A DNA stretch of 64,000 bases from Monocercomonoides exilis PA203 (GCA_001643675.2 LSRY02000038.1:978077-1042076); one strand, 5' to 3'; counted from the stretch's first letter, positions 28,467 to 43,050 are shown. Notes: generated from the letters alone by a model not told the origin. Program-made: numbers and translations.

Positions 28467-29924
28467 ATGACGTTGTGCATAGATGATAAGCATATCGATG
28501 AGATTCGAAAGATTCCCACAAGAGAAAAGTTTTTGAGTTTGTTCAATTTTTTATTTTTTTTTATAAATATTAAACACTTTGCTTTCTTTTTATTCTGAAG
28601 AGTTGTTTTCTGAACTTGAACATTACAATGAAGATGAACAAAAACAGAAAATTCGTGAAATGAATGGACTTGTTGAAGAGATGGAAAAAGAAGAATTCGG
28701 ATCCATTTTTAAGGCAGATCTGTTTGATAAAATGGACAAAATGATTGAAGAAAACAATTTAACGATAGAAAATTCAATTTTGCTACTGAAGCATGCTGGA
28801 TATTACAATGTGCTGAAAAGAATTTGGATATGCGAATTTAAATATTCTTCACTGAACAAAAGATTTGAGAAGATAATTATATATGAAATTGAGAAGAAGA
28901 AGGGAAAAAAGAATGAAAAGTTGAAGATTGATATTTGCGAATGCTATCTTTTGCTGAATGATGATGATACTTCAAATGAATTGGCCTCAATTTGTGTTCC
29001 TTGCCTTCTGAAAGCTGCATTAAAGAAAGAGGAAACAGTGGAAGTTCAAAAGGAAGTGGAAATGGCTTTATTGTGTTTGAGTTGCATTGATGATCGTTAT
29101 GTGTGAGCACTTCTTTTTCATTTTTGATGTTTTTGCATATTTTTCTTTTTTCTAATTAGTTTTTTTGGAAAGAAAAATATTTGAAGGAAATTACAGAAAT
29201 CATCAAACATCAGCAGAAACACAGAAATCTCACAAAACTTGCGTATCAGTCTGCTTGGCAATTTTTGATAAGCAGATTCTACCGTGATGTCAGCTTGGAT
29301 GTTTCTATTGTGAATGAGATGAATTTTAAAGGAGAAGCATCAAGAGAACTGGAAGCACTTACAAGAAATGTGAATTGGAAGAAGAAAAAAGAGGAAATGA
29401 ACAAAGAAGAAGCGAAAGAAGAATTTGCATTGATGAGATGGCTCGAAACATCGAACATTTATTTCCTCAATTTCAAATTAGAGAATAAAGAATATGTCAG
29501 TCTTTTCAGAAGCATAGTTAGAGTATTTCGAGCAGCAAAGGATAATCACAAAGAACTTTGCGATCAATGCATTTACTCCTTGAGAAATGCAGCAGGAAGA
29601 GAACTTGTGAAAACTGATGACTTGGTGAAAAGTGGTGCTGCTGATGCTGTCTTGGAGGGGATACAGCGTCCAACGTTGAATGAAGGTGTGGTATATGAAT
29701 GCTTTAAATTCTTTTTGTATGTTTCGGAAAGATTGAAAGAAAAGACGGATAACGAAATGGAAGAAGCAAAAATAAAGGCAACAAAAAGGAAGGTTTTTGA
29801 TAAGATGGAGGAAGAAGGATACGAAGATACTCTCACCAGCTTTTATGAAACATTAAATATTTTTAACATACGATATTATCGTGCACTCTTGTTGAAAATT
29901 TCTGATTATTTTGTATATGTTTAA
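28467..29924 (+). CDS. Unnamed helical multigene family member, copy B (3 exons)
   Basis: ATG 28467 MTLCIDDKHIDEIRKIPTREKFL, intron, ELFSELEHYNEDEQKQKI..., intron near 29100-29158, then KEITEIIKHQQKHRNLTKLAYQSAWQF...ISDYFVYV TAA. Confidence 0.8.
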
Positions 29925-30782
29925 ATCAAAAGCGCTTTTTCTATTCTGATTTTTCGGAAATTGTATTTGAAAAGTCAGAAAAAAAAAAAAAGGAAAACAG
30001 AAGAAGAAGAAGTGGAGGAGGATGAAGAGGAGGAAGGAGAGGAAAGAATGAAAGAAAGGAAGAAGAAAGAGAAGAAAGAGAAAGAAACAGAAAAAGAATG
30101 TGATGAAGATGATGAAAAAAAGAAGATGATGATGGAGAAGGAAAGGAAAAGGAGGAGAAGAAAAGAAATGAGAGGAAGAAGAGGAAAGAAGAGGAAAGAA
30201 GAGGAAGAAAAGAGAAGAGAAGGAGAAGAAAAAGAAGGAGAAGAAAAGGAAGAAGCATAAAAGCCAGAAAAGTGGATAAAGCAGAAGGAGATGAGACTTC
30301 ATTGATTGGCTTTCTGTCATCACTTGAATCACAACATCCTTCTCATTCTGCAAATTATATGAAGTCATCATCATCATCATCATCATCATCATTTCATCTA
30401 TTTCTTCTTCTATATCTTGTTCAAATTCTTCTTCTTCTTCTTCTTCTTCTTATTCTTCTTCTTCTTCTTCTTCTTCTTCTTCTTCTTCTTCTTCTTCTTC
30501 TTCTTGTTCCTCCTCCTCCTCCTCCTCTATCTTCTTCTTCTTCTTCTATTAATAATAATATTAACAATAATTCTTCTTCTATTAATTCTTCATTGAATTC
30601 TTCTTCTTCTCTTCCTCTCTCATCTGAAGTAGCTAAAAGACCTCATCCTCTTCTTCTACAGCTTTTGAAGAAGGAAAATGTGAGTGCAGATAAAGTGAAG
30701 AATTATTGCTTAGATAATTCTTCTTCTTCTTCTTCTTCTTCCACAATGATAATAACAATTGATGATTCAATTTCTCCTCCTC

Positions 30783-30960
30783 CTTCTTCTTCTTCTTCTT
30801 CTTCTTCTTCTTCTTCTTCTTCTTCTTCTTCTTCTTCTTCTTCTTCTTCTTCTTCTTCTTCTTCTTCTTCTTCTTCTTCTTCTTCTTCTTCTTCTTCTTC
30901 TTCTTCTTCTTCTTCTTCTTCTTCTTCTTCTTCTTCTTCTTCTTCTTCTTCTTCTTCTTC
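30783..30960 (+). repeat. (TTC)n microsatellite, roughly 59 units, inside a degenerate poly-Ser region
   Basis: Uninterrupted TTC run read directly. Shorter TTC runs at about 30427-30505. Confidence 0.95.
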
Positions 30961-32773
30961 CTCTTCTCCCTCTTCTCCCCCTTCGCATCTGTCAGCAAAC
31001 TCTCCTCACTGAAGCAGTCTTTCCATTCTGTTTAATGTCACTTTTCTTCATCCAAAAGCTTTTCAACATCAATGGAATGTTATTTAACGTTATTCAAGCG
31101 ACTAGACTGTGCTGGTTGAAGGAAAGGAGGAAAAGATTCATTCAAATGAAGATGCTGCCAGAAGCTCAGGGAAATAAATAAATTGTGCGTGAATGCTTTC
31201 ACAAGTAACTGGAAACTTTCGTGAATGGAATTGATGAGGATTTGTTTCAAGAATTAGATTTGAGTGAAAAAATAAAAAAAATTTGCAAAAGTCAGTTAAT
31301 TAAAAAAAGAAAAAGAAAAAGAAAAATAAGAAATCCAACGATATAATGCAATTCAAAAATGAGGCAATACCATTTTTCAAAAAAATGCACGTCTTTTCAC
31401 CCTTCTGATTGAAGCAGTCTGCCTTTTATCATTTCTTCCCAGCCATTTATTTTTTAATGGCAAAAGTCAAAAGAACATTAATATTACACCAAAACAGAAA
31501 GAAAAAGGGGGGAAAAAGTGAAAATATATAAATATAAACGAAAAAGTTCAATTTATTTTTATTTATTTTGATTTCTTTCTTCCTTTTCTTTTGATTATTA
31601 TTCAAAAAAAAAAAAAACCTTTGCAAATGCAACAATAAATTGGATTACACACATTTATTTGATCAAACATTTCTATCGTTATCTGTTCTGTCTTTTTGAT
31701 TTGTTTCTTCTTCTTCCATGTGGTTTCAAGGTTTGCCTCGAAATCCACACAGAAATCGTTGAATCAACAACAATTATCAAAACAACCCAAATGATGACTT
31801 TCAATAAAATGCAACAAGTGTCTTTTCGGAAAAATACACATCAGAGGTAACACCATAAAACGATAAATGTGTTGAAATGAACTTAAAATTCTGCACACGC
31901 TTGGTTCCGCATATTGCATAAATCTTCTCCTTTCAGAACTCTTTTATCTTCTCTCAGCCTCAAAGACTTTCGGAAAAAAATCTCTTTCAATGCTCGATTA
32001 ACAATGTTGCCCATTGTTGCCTTAATAAATTCTCTTATGCGTTCAATAATCATGCGCCCAATCATCAAAAACCTGCGAATTGTTGAAAGCTTGATTCCCT
32101 CCATCAATTTTCATTCAGTTTTACTAGCCCACTCAAAAAACGAACAAATAATAAAATTATCCCTTGTTTATTACTAAACTCAACACATTAAAACTGAAAC
32201 ATTCACGGAAACAAGCAAACATTTTGAAATAACAGAAAAAATCATTTCTGATAAGGAAAGCTTCCAGAAAACTCTTAATGTGAGGGAAATAAGTGAAATA
32301 TATATGTTTGAATTTTAATCTGCAACAACGTTTAAATGCACAGTTTAATGTGCAAATTGTTGCTTTTTTGTCACTTTTTTGAAAAGTTCTTTTCAAAGTC
32401 TTTTCTCCTCTTCTTCATATTGCTCAAAATGTTGAAATGGAATTTTTTTTAATATTCAATTCTAGGCATGTGGTATATTTTTCGATAAGTTCAACTATTC
32501 ATCGAAATTCAATCCATTTCCATGAAATGAATTATTGTTGGTTCGATCAGACAGAAATTAAACTCTTTCGTATTTGGCTAAATACGACCAATATTGCAGC
32601 TTCTTTGTGATTTCTTTTTAAACACAGATTTTGGCTAAGCAAAAGAAATGAGTTTGACAATTATATTTTGATTTTGTCAATTATCAACAATGTTTGTTTT
32701 TCTGTTTGTTTTTCTGTTTTTCATTTAAAATTTTGCGGCAAATTGATCTTTTCTAATAATTGACAGAACGAAA

Positions 32774-34221
32774 ATGCGCAATGAATGCATGTCCGATAAT
32801 TTTGTTCAGAATCTATCCCTCAGAGATAAGTTTTCGAGTTTGTGAATTTTTATTGCTGATTGAAGGCACTTTTAATGATGTGTTTGTATAATTTTGGAAG
32901 AAATGTTTTCTGAACTGGAGCATTGCCCAGAAAGCGAGCAGAAACAGAAAATCGGGGAAATGAATGAAATTATTGATGAAATGAATGTTGAAGAATTCAA
33001 ATCAGTTTTCACAACAAGAATGTTTAACAAAATGGACAAATTGATTGAGGAAAAGAAACTGCAATTGGGAAATGCAATTTTGCTACTGAAGCATGCTGGA
33101 TTTTGCAAAGCATTGAAAAGAATTTGGATTGAAGAATTTGAATATTCAACATTGAACGAAAGATTTAAGAAGATGATTGCTGAAGAAGAGGGAAAAAAAG
33201 ATGAAAAGAATGAAAAGCTTCTGACTGAGATCTGCGAATGCTATCTTTATTTGAATGATAGGACTATTTCAAGACTGCCTTATGCATGTGTGACTTGCCT
33301 TCTGAAAGCTGCATTGAAGAAAGAGGAGAGCAAAGAAGTCCAGGAAGAAGCGGAAATGGCTTTGTTAGCATTGTGCAGCATTGGGGAAAATGTGTGTGAA
33401 ATTCAATTTCCTTTTTGAAGCCATCAATTTTATACTTATTTATTTTAAAGTTTGTCGAACAAAAACTTTATCTAAGTGATATCAAAGAAATCATCAAATA
33501 TCATCAAGAACACAGAAATCTGACACGGCTTGGCTATCAATCTGCTTGGCAGTTCTTGAACGACCAACTTTTTATTGACGATTGCTTGAATGGAGAGATT
33601 GTGAATGAACTGCATTTTGCCAGAGAGGTGGGAAAAGAACTGGAAGAGTTTGCGAAATGCGTGGATTGGAAGAAAGAGAAAGAAGAGGAAATGGGAAAAG
33701 AAATGAAAGAAGAGCTTGTGTTGATGAGATGGCTCCAAACATTAGAGTTTTATTTTGGCTGTTGTCGATTGAAGAACGAAGAATTTGCTGGACTTATTGG
33801 TGGAATTGCTTGGGTGTATCGAGCAGCAAAAGGGAATAATGGAGTAATTAGAAATCAATGCGTTGTTGCATTTGAAAAAGCAGCAGAAAATAGAACTGTG
33901 AACGTTGAAGGGCTTCTGAAAGGCGGAGCTGTTGATGCTGTTTTTGAGGAAATGCAGCAACCAACGTTGAATATTGATAGAGTATGTGGTTTCTTGCAAT
34001 TCTTTGAGAATGTTTCAAATCGATTGGAAGAAAAGATGGATGATGAAATGGAAGAAGAGCAAAGAAAGGAAACGAAAAGGAAGATATTCGAAAAGATAGA
34101 AGAAGAAGGATACGAGGATACCGTCACAAGTTATCATGGATTATTTCATTTTCTTAAAGTGAAGATTTTTTATTCTGGTGCATTATCGGTAGATATTTCT
34201 GATTATTGTGAAAATGTTTAA
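32774..34221 (+). CDS. Unnamed helical multigene family member, copy C (3 exons)
   Basis: ATG 32774 MRNECMSDNFVQNLSLRDKFS, intron, EMFSELEHCPESEQKQKI..., intron near 33392-33450, then KEIIKYHQEHRNLTRLGYQSAWQF...ISDYCENV TAA. Confidence 0.8.
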
Positions 34222-36299
34222 ATCAAAAGCGCTTTTTCTATTTCTAACTTTTCGGAAATTGAATTTATTCAGTCAAAAAAAAGAAAGGAAACAGAAGAAG
34301 AAGAAGAAGAGAGGAGAAAATCGATGACAAGCCGAAAAGATCCTTTTTCAGCGATTCGTGCTATATCAATTCATTCTTCATCTATCTTCAACAACAACAA
34401 CAACAACAACAACTACAACTACAACTACAACAACAACAAAAACTACTACTACTACTTCTTTTCCTCCTTCTCATCCCCATCCACCACCACCTCCTTCTTC
34501 TTCTTCTTCATTTTCTTCCTCTTTTTTATCACATTCTTCTTCTTTTTTGACTTCTTCGACAACTTCATTAGCTGACTTATAAATAGCCATGGTAATAAGC
34601 ACAAATGAAGAAGAGCAAAGAAGGAAAAACAATTCGAAGAAGAAGTTTTCATAAGGAGTTTGCATGAAAGTTTGCAGTTCAATGAGAATTAAACAACTTC
34701 TTTTCAATTTGGCTGTTTTGTTATTCAAAGAAAAGCAAATAACAAAAGGAAGAAATATTGAGAAACCTCATTTTCATGTTTTGAAACTTCACCAAAGCTT
34801 ATCATTCTTGGTCTTATGCTTTGAAGAACAATTAACGAAGTATCTTGAAAATTCTATTTCAAAGGAAAGAAAATGTGAAGAAAAAATTTGAAAAGAAATT
34901 CTATTTCAAAAGCAAACCTTTATAAGCACAAAATGAAGTTTAATTTCTTGTTTGAACAAAAAAATGAAAATGTCAAAGTTTTATTTATTTATGGTATTTT
35001 GATCAGAGTTAATATTTGATGTGAAGTGGTTATGGGGTACAATATTTTTGGAATTTTTATTGTGAATGTTTTTGAAACACCGAAATGAATGGAATTAATA
35101 AATATGCATTTTAAAAGTTATTCATTTACTCGTCATGCGAAAAATGAAGATATTTTTCAAAAAAATTTGAGTTTTTGAAAAAAATTGATTATAAGTTTTT
35201 TAAAAATGTTTCTATTCCTCAACAAATTTTTAAAAACTAACTAACTCTTTTAAAAACATTGTCAAATAATTAATTTAAGAATTTTTGTTGATTCATAAAA
35301 GGAAATTGCGAAACAAAAATTCTCTATTGAAATTTGTTTGGTTTATAAATTTATCAACAAATTGATCATATTTATGCAATTGAAAAGGAAGAATTTATGC
35401 TTATCATTGTGTTCATGAAATTGCTGTAAAAAAAAATTTCTTTGATATTTACACATAAAAGTGATGAAAGAAAAAATGACAAAAGAATATCAATCAAACC
35501 TTCAAGTCAGTTTTTTCTTCTCTTCTTCAAAGAATATTCATCATTGAAATCATCTGGAGAACATTTCTGTTCCGCTTTTTCAAAGAACTCACTCCACCAC
35601 TCTTTCATCTTCAACACTTTCTTCTTTCCACTGAGTTTCTTCTCTTTCTCTGTCTTCTTAAATGCAATTCTAGATAAGAATTGCGCATTTTCATCATCAA
35701 TTTCTTTTTCAATGTTATTCACAACTTTTGCATTTTCCAAAAGTTCCACGGATAAAGGAACTATTAATTGTTCTTTTCTGTTTTTCCTTTCTTTTTCGAA
35801 ATTTAGGTACAACTATTTTCTTTGCACCGAAATTATATCTTTCATCTTCTATCTCCTTTTCATTTTCTATTTCTTTTTCAATCCAAATAACATCTGAATT
35901 GTCTTTTTCTTCATCATTCAAAGTCAGGGGAGTTGAATTTTCTATTAATTAATTATATATAACGATAAATGCTTTGAATAATTTTCTCCATTTTGATGAA
36001 CATAAAATAAAAAAATGTGAGAAAGACTGATTAATAGACTGCTGAACAAAAATAGAACAATTGTTTATTTTCACTCGTTTTATGTTTGAAGGATTCAAGA
36101 GAAAGTTATTTCAGAAAAGTGCTGAGAAATGAATTTTTCAAATAATTCTTTTTGGAACAAAAGAGATTTTTGAATCAAAAATTCACTGGAATATGAATCG
36201 TGTGATGTGTGAGGTGATAAAATATGTGGAGTTGAAAAAAGAAAGAAAAAGAAGATCTGCATTATTAAATGAAAAAGATGAAGAAATGAAGTAGCAAAA

Positions 36300-37020
36300 A
36301 AAAAGACTTATTGTTTCAGATTTGGAGTGGATTCTCAAGTGTTATCCAAACTGGGTTGTGGAAAAACACAGAGAAGCATTTCTTTTCATTTTTGCACTTT
36401 CAACACGAGCCAGAGCGCACACATGTTCTCATATCAGACGACAAGACATTGTGAGAGTTTATTCAAAAGTAAATTCAACATTCGTTCAAGTCACAATAAA
36501 TCTGGAATGTGAAAAGGGTATTGAATGGACGATCATTGCGTTACCCTGGAGGGGGACATTTGTTCAAAAAGCAGCTTGAATTTCATATGGTGGTTCGAAG
36601 AATACTTGGTGCAAGAATTCTGTCTGACTCAAACTCAATATGATAAATGGGACCTTGGAGATTTCGCTTGGGAGCGGTTATGTTGATAAAACAAAGGCTC
36701 CATGAGGGTCAACTGCAGAAGAGGGTAAAACAAGCAGGCTATCCCCAAAAGCTTTTTGGCTTTCATTCCTTTCGCTCCAGTTTTTTGTGTTCCACTATGC
36801 TTAAATTTGGGGATTGTCCTCACAAAAGGGAAAGCGTGTAAGAAACCACTTCAATTATAGCAAAATGGATATTTGGAGGTCCTACTGAGGAAAAATACCT
36901 CAATAGGACTTCCAAAGCTTCAATCATCGAAAATAGAACAAACATTCCAAGTGATGTTTTGGAAAGCAACAATCAATAATATATCGATTTTTGGAATCCG
37001 GAGTCGTTAAACAACATGAT
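36300..37020 (+). mobile_element. Decayed tyrosine recombinase gene, relic YR1
   Basis: EAFLFIFALSTRARAHTCSHIRRQDI (box I Arg), AGYPQKLFGFHSFRSSF (HxxR box II) and a later KW..EEKYL segment. Frameshifted. Confidence 0.75.
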
Positions 37021-38059
37021 GATTGGTCAAATCGAATGGAAGGTTGAAAGCCTTATTGAAACAATAATTTTTTTAATCTTCAATTAAAAATGCTTTGTTG
37101 CAGTCGTTTCTGCTATCCTTATTCAAACGTTTCAAAACAACATCAAAAGACAGACAGAAAATTTATTCAACATAAAAATATTCCGAAAGTGAAAAATGAA
37201 TCTGTTCTTCAAGCTTGCATTTTGTTTTCAAAAAACAAACATTTCAAAGGAGATTGCAACATTGTTTCATATGCAGATCAATTTTTGAAATCCATTTCAG
37301 ATATGTTGGATGGAAAGATGCAATTTGATGTCACATCGTTCACTGCTTATAAAAAAAATGAGAGAAAAAAAGAGACTAACCCAATCATGAAATGCTCATC
37401 TAGAATTCAATGAACGAGAATTGAAGACGACACACTGAAAAAAGAAGTTTAACCGAGAAGACATAGAAATAAACAGGTGAATTAATGAAAATAAGATATT
37501 GAATCATGAGCAAAGACTGGCGATGAAATATTCCAAAGAAAATGAAAAGCAAGGAAAAAATGAATATTGTGCAAATGTTTCTCCTGAAAAATGAAACTAT
37601 TGAAGTAAGATGCTGATTATTCTTCAATCTCAGATTTTTAAAAGAGTTGATTTATAAGGAAAAAACATTTTTTACAAACAAAGATTTGTGACTCAACTTT
37701 GAATTAAATTGTTAAAAAAAATATTAATGTTGATAAAATGTGACAATTGTATATTTTTAAAACGAAATAATATTATCAAAAATATTATTACAAGAAAAAA
37801 ACATTATCACTTTTTCTTTATTACACTCATCAAAAAAAGTGTGACTATTTTTTTTGTTGAAATGAAAAAATTATTTAAATATTTAACCAAATTAATAATT
37901 TGATTTCGAACTTAATTGAAAATTATGAAATTCGAAAAAGAAATTTTTTATTTGTATAAACGAATTTAACATTAACTATCATTCCATCTTATAAGATTTG
38001 AAACAGATTTTTTTTGCAGAATAATCTCGATGAATTATTATTAATCATTAAAATTACAT

Positions 38060-39210
38060 TTGAACATGAAAAAAAAAAAAAAAATGGAAGCATCCCTCTA
38101 TCTGGTCCCAGTGCAAACCGGAGCAAGGTCCATCACCTTATCCAGTGTTAAGCTGGAAGACATCGCGCGAGTGAAGAAGTCAGAAGAAAACGGAAAATTA
38201 TTGTGCACTTTGAGATACACAAGAACGAAAAGATCTTCACATTGGGACCAAGAGGTCACAGTGGAAGGAATAGAAGAAGAAGAGAAAGAAGGGGACGCTG
38301 TGTACTGGCTCAGCAAATATTAAAAAGGAAGAGTTGGATTCAAGTTCTCAGAATTGTTGTTGCACAAAGATGAAGTTGATATGTCTGAGAAACTTCGACC
38401 AATCTCCTCAGATAGCATGCGTGAGAGATTCAAGATGAAGGCGGAAAGGGCCTGGTATCTTCACGCCTTTATTGCTTCCACTCACTTAGAAGTGGATTCA
38501 TCAGCTCCCCAGTCATCAAGTGCGGGAGCTACGAAAAAGCTAAAAAGGCAGTTATTGAAAGCACTGCACTTATTACTGGATGGGTGCTATACAGGCTCAC
38601 ACAGATGGGTAATATAGAGAAGGTTGCGAGGAGAGTACTTGTATCGTCGAGGCTTTTGTCGGAGGAGGAAGAAGGAGCACAGCCAGAAATGGATAGGACC
38701 CTGATTGGTCTTGAAGCGTTTCATGATAAATTTTTTAAGAACATAGAAGAAAGAAAAAAAGATCCATATAAAGAATTTTGTGAAAGAGTGAAAGAAAGAA
38801 TGCAAACATACTTTGAAACAGAAAGAATAACAGAGGCAAAAATGACAAGATACATTCAAGACGGATCATGGATGATGTGCGAAAAGTATGAAGAATTGAA
38901 AGAATATATGAAAAAAAAATATCAAACTATGAAAAAATATAATGAAGAAAAACAAACCTTCACATATTGCGCATCTTCTGCTGTCTTCTGCACCCGAATG
39001 GATTTGAAGGAACAGCAACACAACAATAAAACGACCGCAGAAGAAGCAGCAGCAGAATTCACAGCATTAGCGGAAGAAAGGGAATCAAAAGTTAAAGTTG
39101 GGAAATACGAGAAAAGAAGAACAAAAGAAGACAATCAGGTGAAAGAAAAAGATAATATTGAAGAGAAAGAGAGAGAGAGAGAAAGAAAATTCAGAAAAAG
39201 AAATAGATGA
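38060..39210 (+). mobile_element. Decayed tyrosine recombinase gene, relic YR2
   Basis: EASLYLVPVQTGARSITLSSVKLEDI..RYTRTKRSSHWDQEVTVEG. An alternate frame near 38468 reads LYCFHSLRSGFISS..TALITGW. C-terminal extension is homologous to YR5. Confidence 0.8.
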
Positions 39211-41649
39211 AGAAAAAACATTTACATTTTAAAACAGAAAAAGAGATGAAAAGAACAATGTTTGCAGCAAAAAATGGAAAGATGAAGATGATGCAATTGT
39301 GAAGAAAATGAATGAAGAAGAAAATAAGACAGTTTTAGAAATTAACAAAGTGTTCTCATTTCGATTATGGAGAAACATCCATGATCATATAAAGCAGATG
39401 ATTGACAAAGGAAAAATGAAAAAGAGAGAGAAACAAACATAAATAGAAAAATTACACATTGAAAAGAATAATAACACAAACCTTTCTTCATCCTCTTCTG
39501 CATCCTCCACAGCCTCAGCCTCAGCCTCCATAAATGAAAGGAAGACAATAAAACGAAAAAGAATGAATAAATGGTAAAGAGAAGAAGATGATGAATATGC
39601 TGAATATTATGCTGAAGATATTTGCATTACATTAAAAGGAAATGGAAAGAGAATAACAAGAAGTGTGGACAGTTTGATACAAGAAAGAAATCAAAATAAA
39701 TCGACATTAAATATTTTTCACATCACATATAAATCAATACACGTTATAATGAATAACATTTCAAATTCAATTATTTCAAAAAAATAATAAATATTTAAAA
39801 CTCACAAAATTCATTGTTGTTGAACAACAACGTTTGCACACCTGCCCACCCTCCTTTTCTCCTGCCTTTCGTCCATTCATCCCAGCTGAACTATGATGCT
39901 TCTGCTTTCATGCACTTCCACTTGAGTTAACAGACTGCATTAAGCATAAATAGCAAGTCGCAAGTGATAAACATTTGAAAGAAATTAAAAATATATAATG
40001 TTGTTTAAACAGTTGAAAAAAATAAAAAATGATAAAATAGACAGAAAAGATCAACAAAAAATTTAAAGATCAACGAGTTGGGGTAAATAAAAAAAAGTTT
40101 ATTAAAAATTTATCAAAATTGAACGAATAAAAATATTTTCAAGTTTTTTTTATTGACGAATATGATGATATGTATGGTAATGAACAAATATTTGAAATAA
40201 AAAATACAAAATAAAACTTAAAATTGAAAAAATGAAACAATAATGAAAACAAACTTTTTTTCATTACACTTTTGCAATTAATACAATTGATTCATCAATA
40301 ATTGTCATCGAAACATCAATGATGTTGCAAATTGAGTTATCTAATAAGGAAAAAAAAATCGTTTGTTTGTTTCCGTACAGGAAAAAATGTGAGGATGAAA
40401 AATATCTCGATGAAAGAAAAGGATAAAGAAAAACAAATCACACTTTCCCCAATGTATATAACTCTCTGTATCCGTTTTTGTTGTCACTTTTCCAGAAGAA
40501 GTTAAAAAAAAAAAAAAAAGAAAACAGCATTTGCAAAACTATGTGTTTTGTGTTTATGGTACGAGATCCATATGATCAATCTTTTTGGAAAGAAAACAAC
40601 ATATTTTTGAAAATACGTTTGATTTCAACAAAAACTCAACTATATTTTTGTATAATTTCGCAAAAAGAATGTGAAACTAAAGTCAACAGATTTTTTTTGT
40701 TGTTGTTCTCAGTATTATTCTTTGCAAAGTCATGTCTCCTTTTCCGGGTGCGGAGCATAACGAGTTTTGAATACATCCAGTTTGGTTGGTCAAAAAGGGA
40801 TGCAATCAAATTAAATAGTGAGAATTTCCTCAAACCTATATTTTTTTGAACATCATATGTTTTTGTTTTTCATATGTCTTTTTTCAATCAAAGGAATAGT
40901 TTGACATCCTTAATAAAAGTTGCATTTCTCAATTCTTTATTTAACCATAACAAATGACATTGATAAAATATAATATTTTTTATAATTTTTTGTCATTTTA
41001 AAATATATCCATAGAAACATCTTTTTTTATCTAGTTCAAAAACAGTGTATTAATGCTAGAAAAAGTTATTGAAAACAAAAACAAAAATGATAATATTAAT
41101 AATGAAAAGTTTCGAAGTCTTTTCTTCATTTGTTTTATTGAAAATACGATTTCATTCATTGAAATGCTTGTTATTGAAAAAAGGATATCTCGTGAAGGGA
41201 TATTGTTATTAATTTTTTCTCAAAAAAATCACACACTTTTTTATTTAATTTGAAATTTGCAACTGTGATAACATTTAAAAGAAAAAAAAAGGAATCAGAA
41301 AAAATGATAATAAAATCAAAAGAAAATATCAAATATGACAAATAATATCCAAATTCGTTGATTTCATTTTTCTTTTTCTTCTCTTTTTTCTTTTTTCATG
41401 AAATTTCTCCATCTATCGTAATAATCTGAATTTGTTTTGTTTTCAAAAAGTTCACAAATTTCACTCCACTCAACTTTATTTTTTCCTTCTTTCTTTTTTT
41501 CTAAATATCGTTTTCTTCTTTTGTCAACTTTTTAATTCTTCTTTATCGGTATTGAATCTTTATTTTTTTCTCAAATTTCATTTACGTCTAACTTATATTT
41601 ATTAAATGAATATTTTTCGTTTTCACTTCTCTCTCAATAATATTTCTTT

Positions 41650-43050
41650 CTTTCATAAAACTCCTAAACATTTCAACCATTTCACTCAATTTTGATAGAT
41701 CAGATTTCAAAATTAATAGAATATCTTTCCTCGCAATTTCACTACGTGCATTTGATAATATTTGAAAATGTGAGTTTGATTAACTCTTCTCCAATGATGG
41801 AAGATATTTCAATTTCGCTTTCAACTCCAAAACAGGTTCTTCTTCTGAATATTGAGAAAGAGCTCCGTGAAACAAGTACATGCACGTATCTGTTGAATTG
41901 CGAATTCCTTCTCTCTTTCGTCAATTTCTTCAAAATGCAATGAAAAAATGATACGAAAAGAATATCTTCTTTCCATTTGTTTAATAACAATTTGAACCCA
42001 TGAAAATTTTTTATTGTTAACATTCTCTTATCTTCAACTGACTTTTTTCTTTCTAATTTCCAATGATATTTTGGGTTGCTATTATTATTCTTGTCGCAAC
42101 TCGTTTTTCATATGTCATCTCAGATTGAGAGAATGGAATCCACCTGTCATGAAAAAACATATTTCCAACACAGCCGCTCTTTCTTCCTTGTTTCCTCCAA
42201 CTTTTATAACAGCTGAACACAAAACATTACTACGAATGAAATGAAATTCAGGTTCATCTGGAGGAAAGCCTGCAAATGGTAGTCTTTTTTTTCAACCTTG
42301 TTCTCATCTCTTTCGTTCCATCCAGCTTAAACAGTTTATCTCCATTTTCCTTCACAGGCCACTTCTTCTCATCATATATATTCGAACATAATTAGTTCAG
42401 AATAGACTTTCTTAACCAAAAAACAGCATCAAAAGATTTGTTTTCCTCAGATAATTTCTCTAATGTCACAGGATGATTCCAATTTGATGATCCTTTGCAC
42501 CTCATCAATATAACATTAACAAACACACTTCCTTCATCCTCTTTCACAACTTTTCTAATGTCACACAACCTCACATTTCCACAAGGTATTGCTCTTGCTC
42601 CAACATGAAGAGCAAATAAGAATAATGATGCTTCCTCTTCCTTCCCTTCAATACAATCTGGAATACTTTCAATCAAAAACTTCACATCAAACGTCACAAG
42701 AGGTTGTTTCCCTTCTCCTCTATGTTTCAATGATTTATCCCTTCTCAATTCCATTATAGTTTTGTTTATTTCATAATCCAAAACACTGTCAATCAGTTTA
42801 TTGAACATTTTTCATTGAATTCTTTTCAACGAAGGGCTAACCACAGATTGGATAGACCACACGCAATATCTGCATTCATAAGCGAGAAATCTAAGAAAAC
42901 CACGAACACACTCGATTTCCACTGGAAAAGGTTTGAAATCAAGGGATTCTGCAAAGAAATTATACAAACGCAAAATCCATGGATGTTTTTTTTAAATGTT
43001 GATGCTTCATAAACTCTTGATTCATTCATGTACTTGTCCATTTTGTTTCA
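41650..43050 (-). mobile_element. Decayed tyrosine recombinase gene, relic YR3
   Basis: N-terminal KPFPVEIECVRGFLRFLAYECRY..SLKRI, catalytic EASLFLFALHVGARAIPCGNVRLCDI..RCKGSSNWNHPVTLE, and degenerate box II FHFIRSNVLCSAVIK. Confidence 0.75.

Noticed and set aside
30633-31181. Poly-Lys, poly-Arg and poly-Leu ORFs
   Set aside because: Artefacts of translating the (TTC)n microsatellite in different frames.
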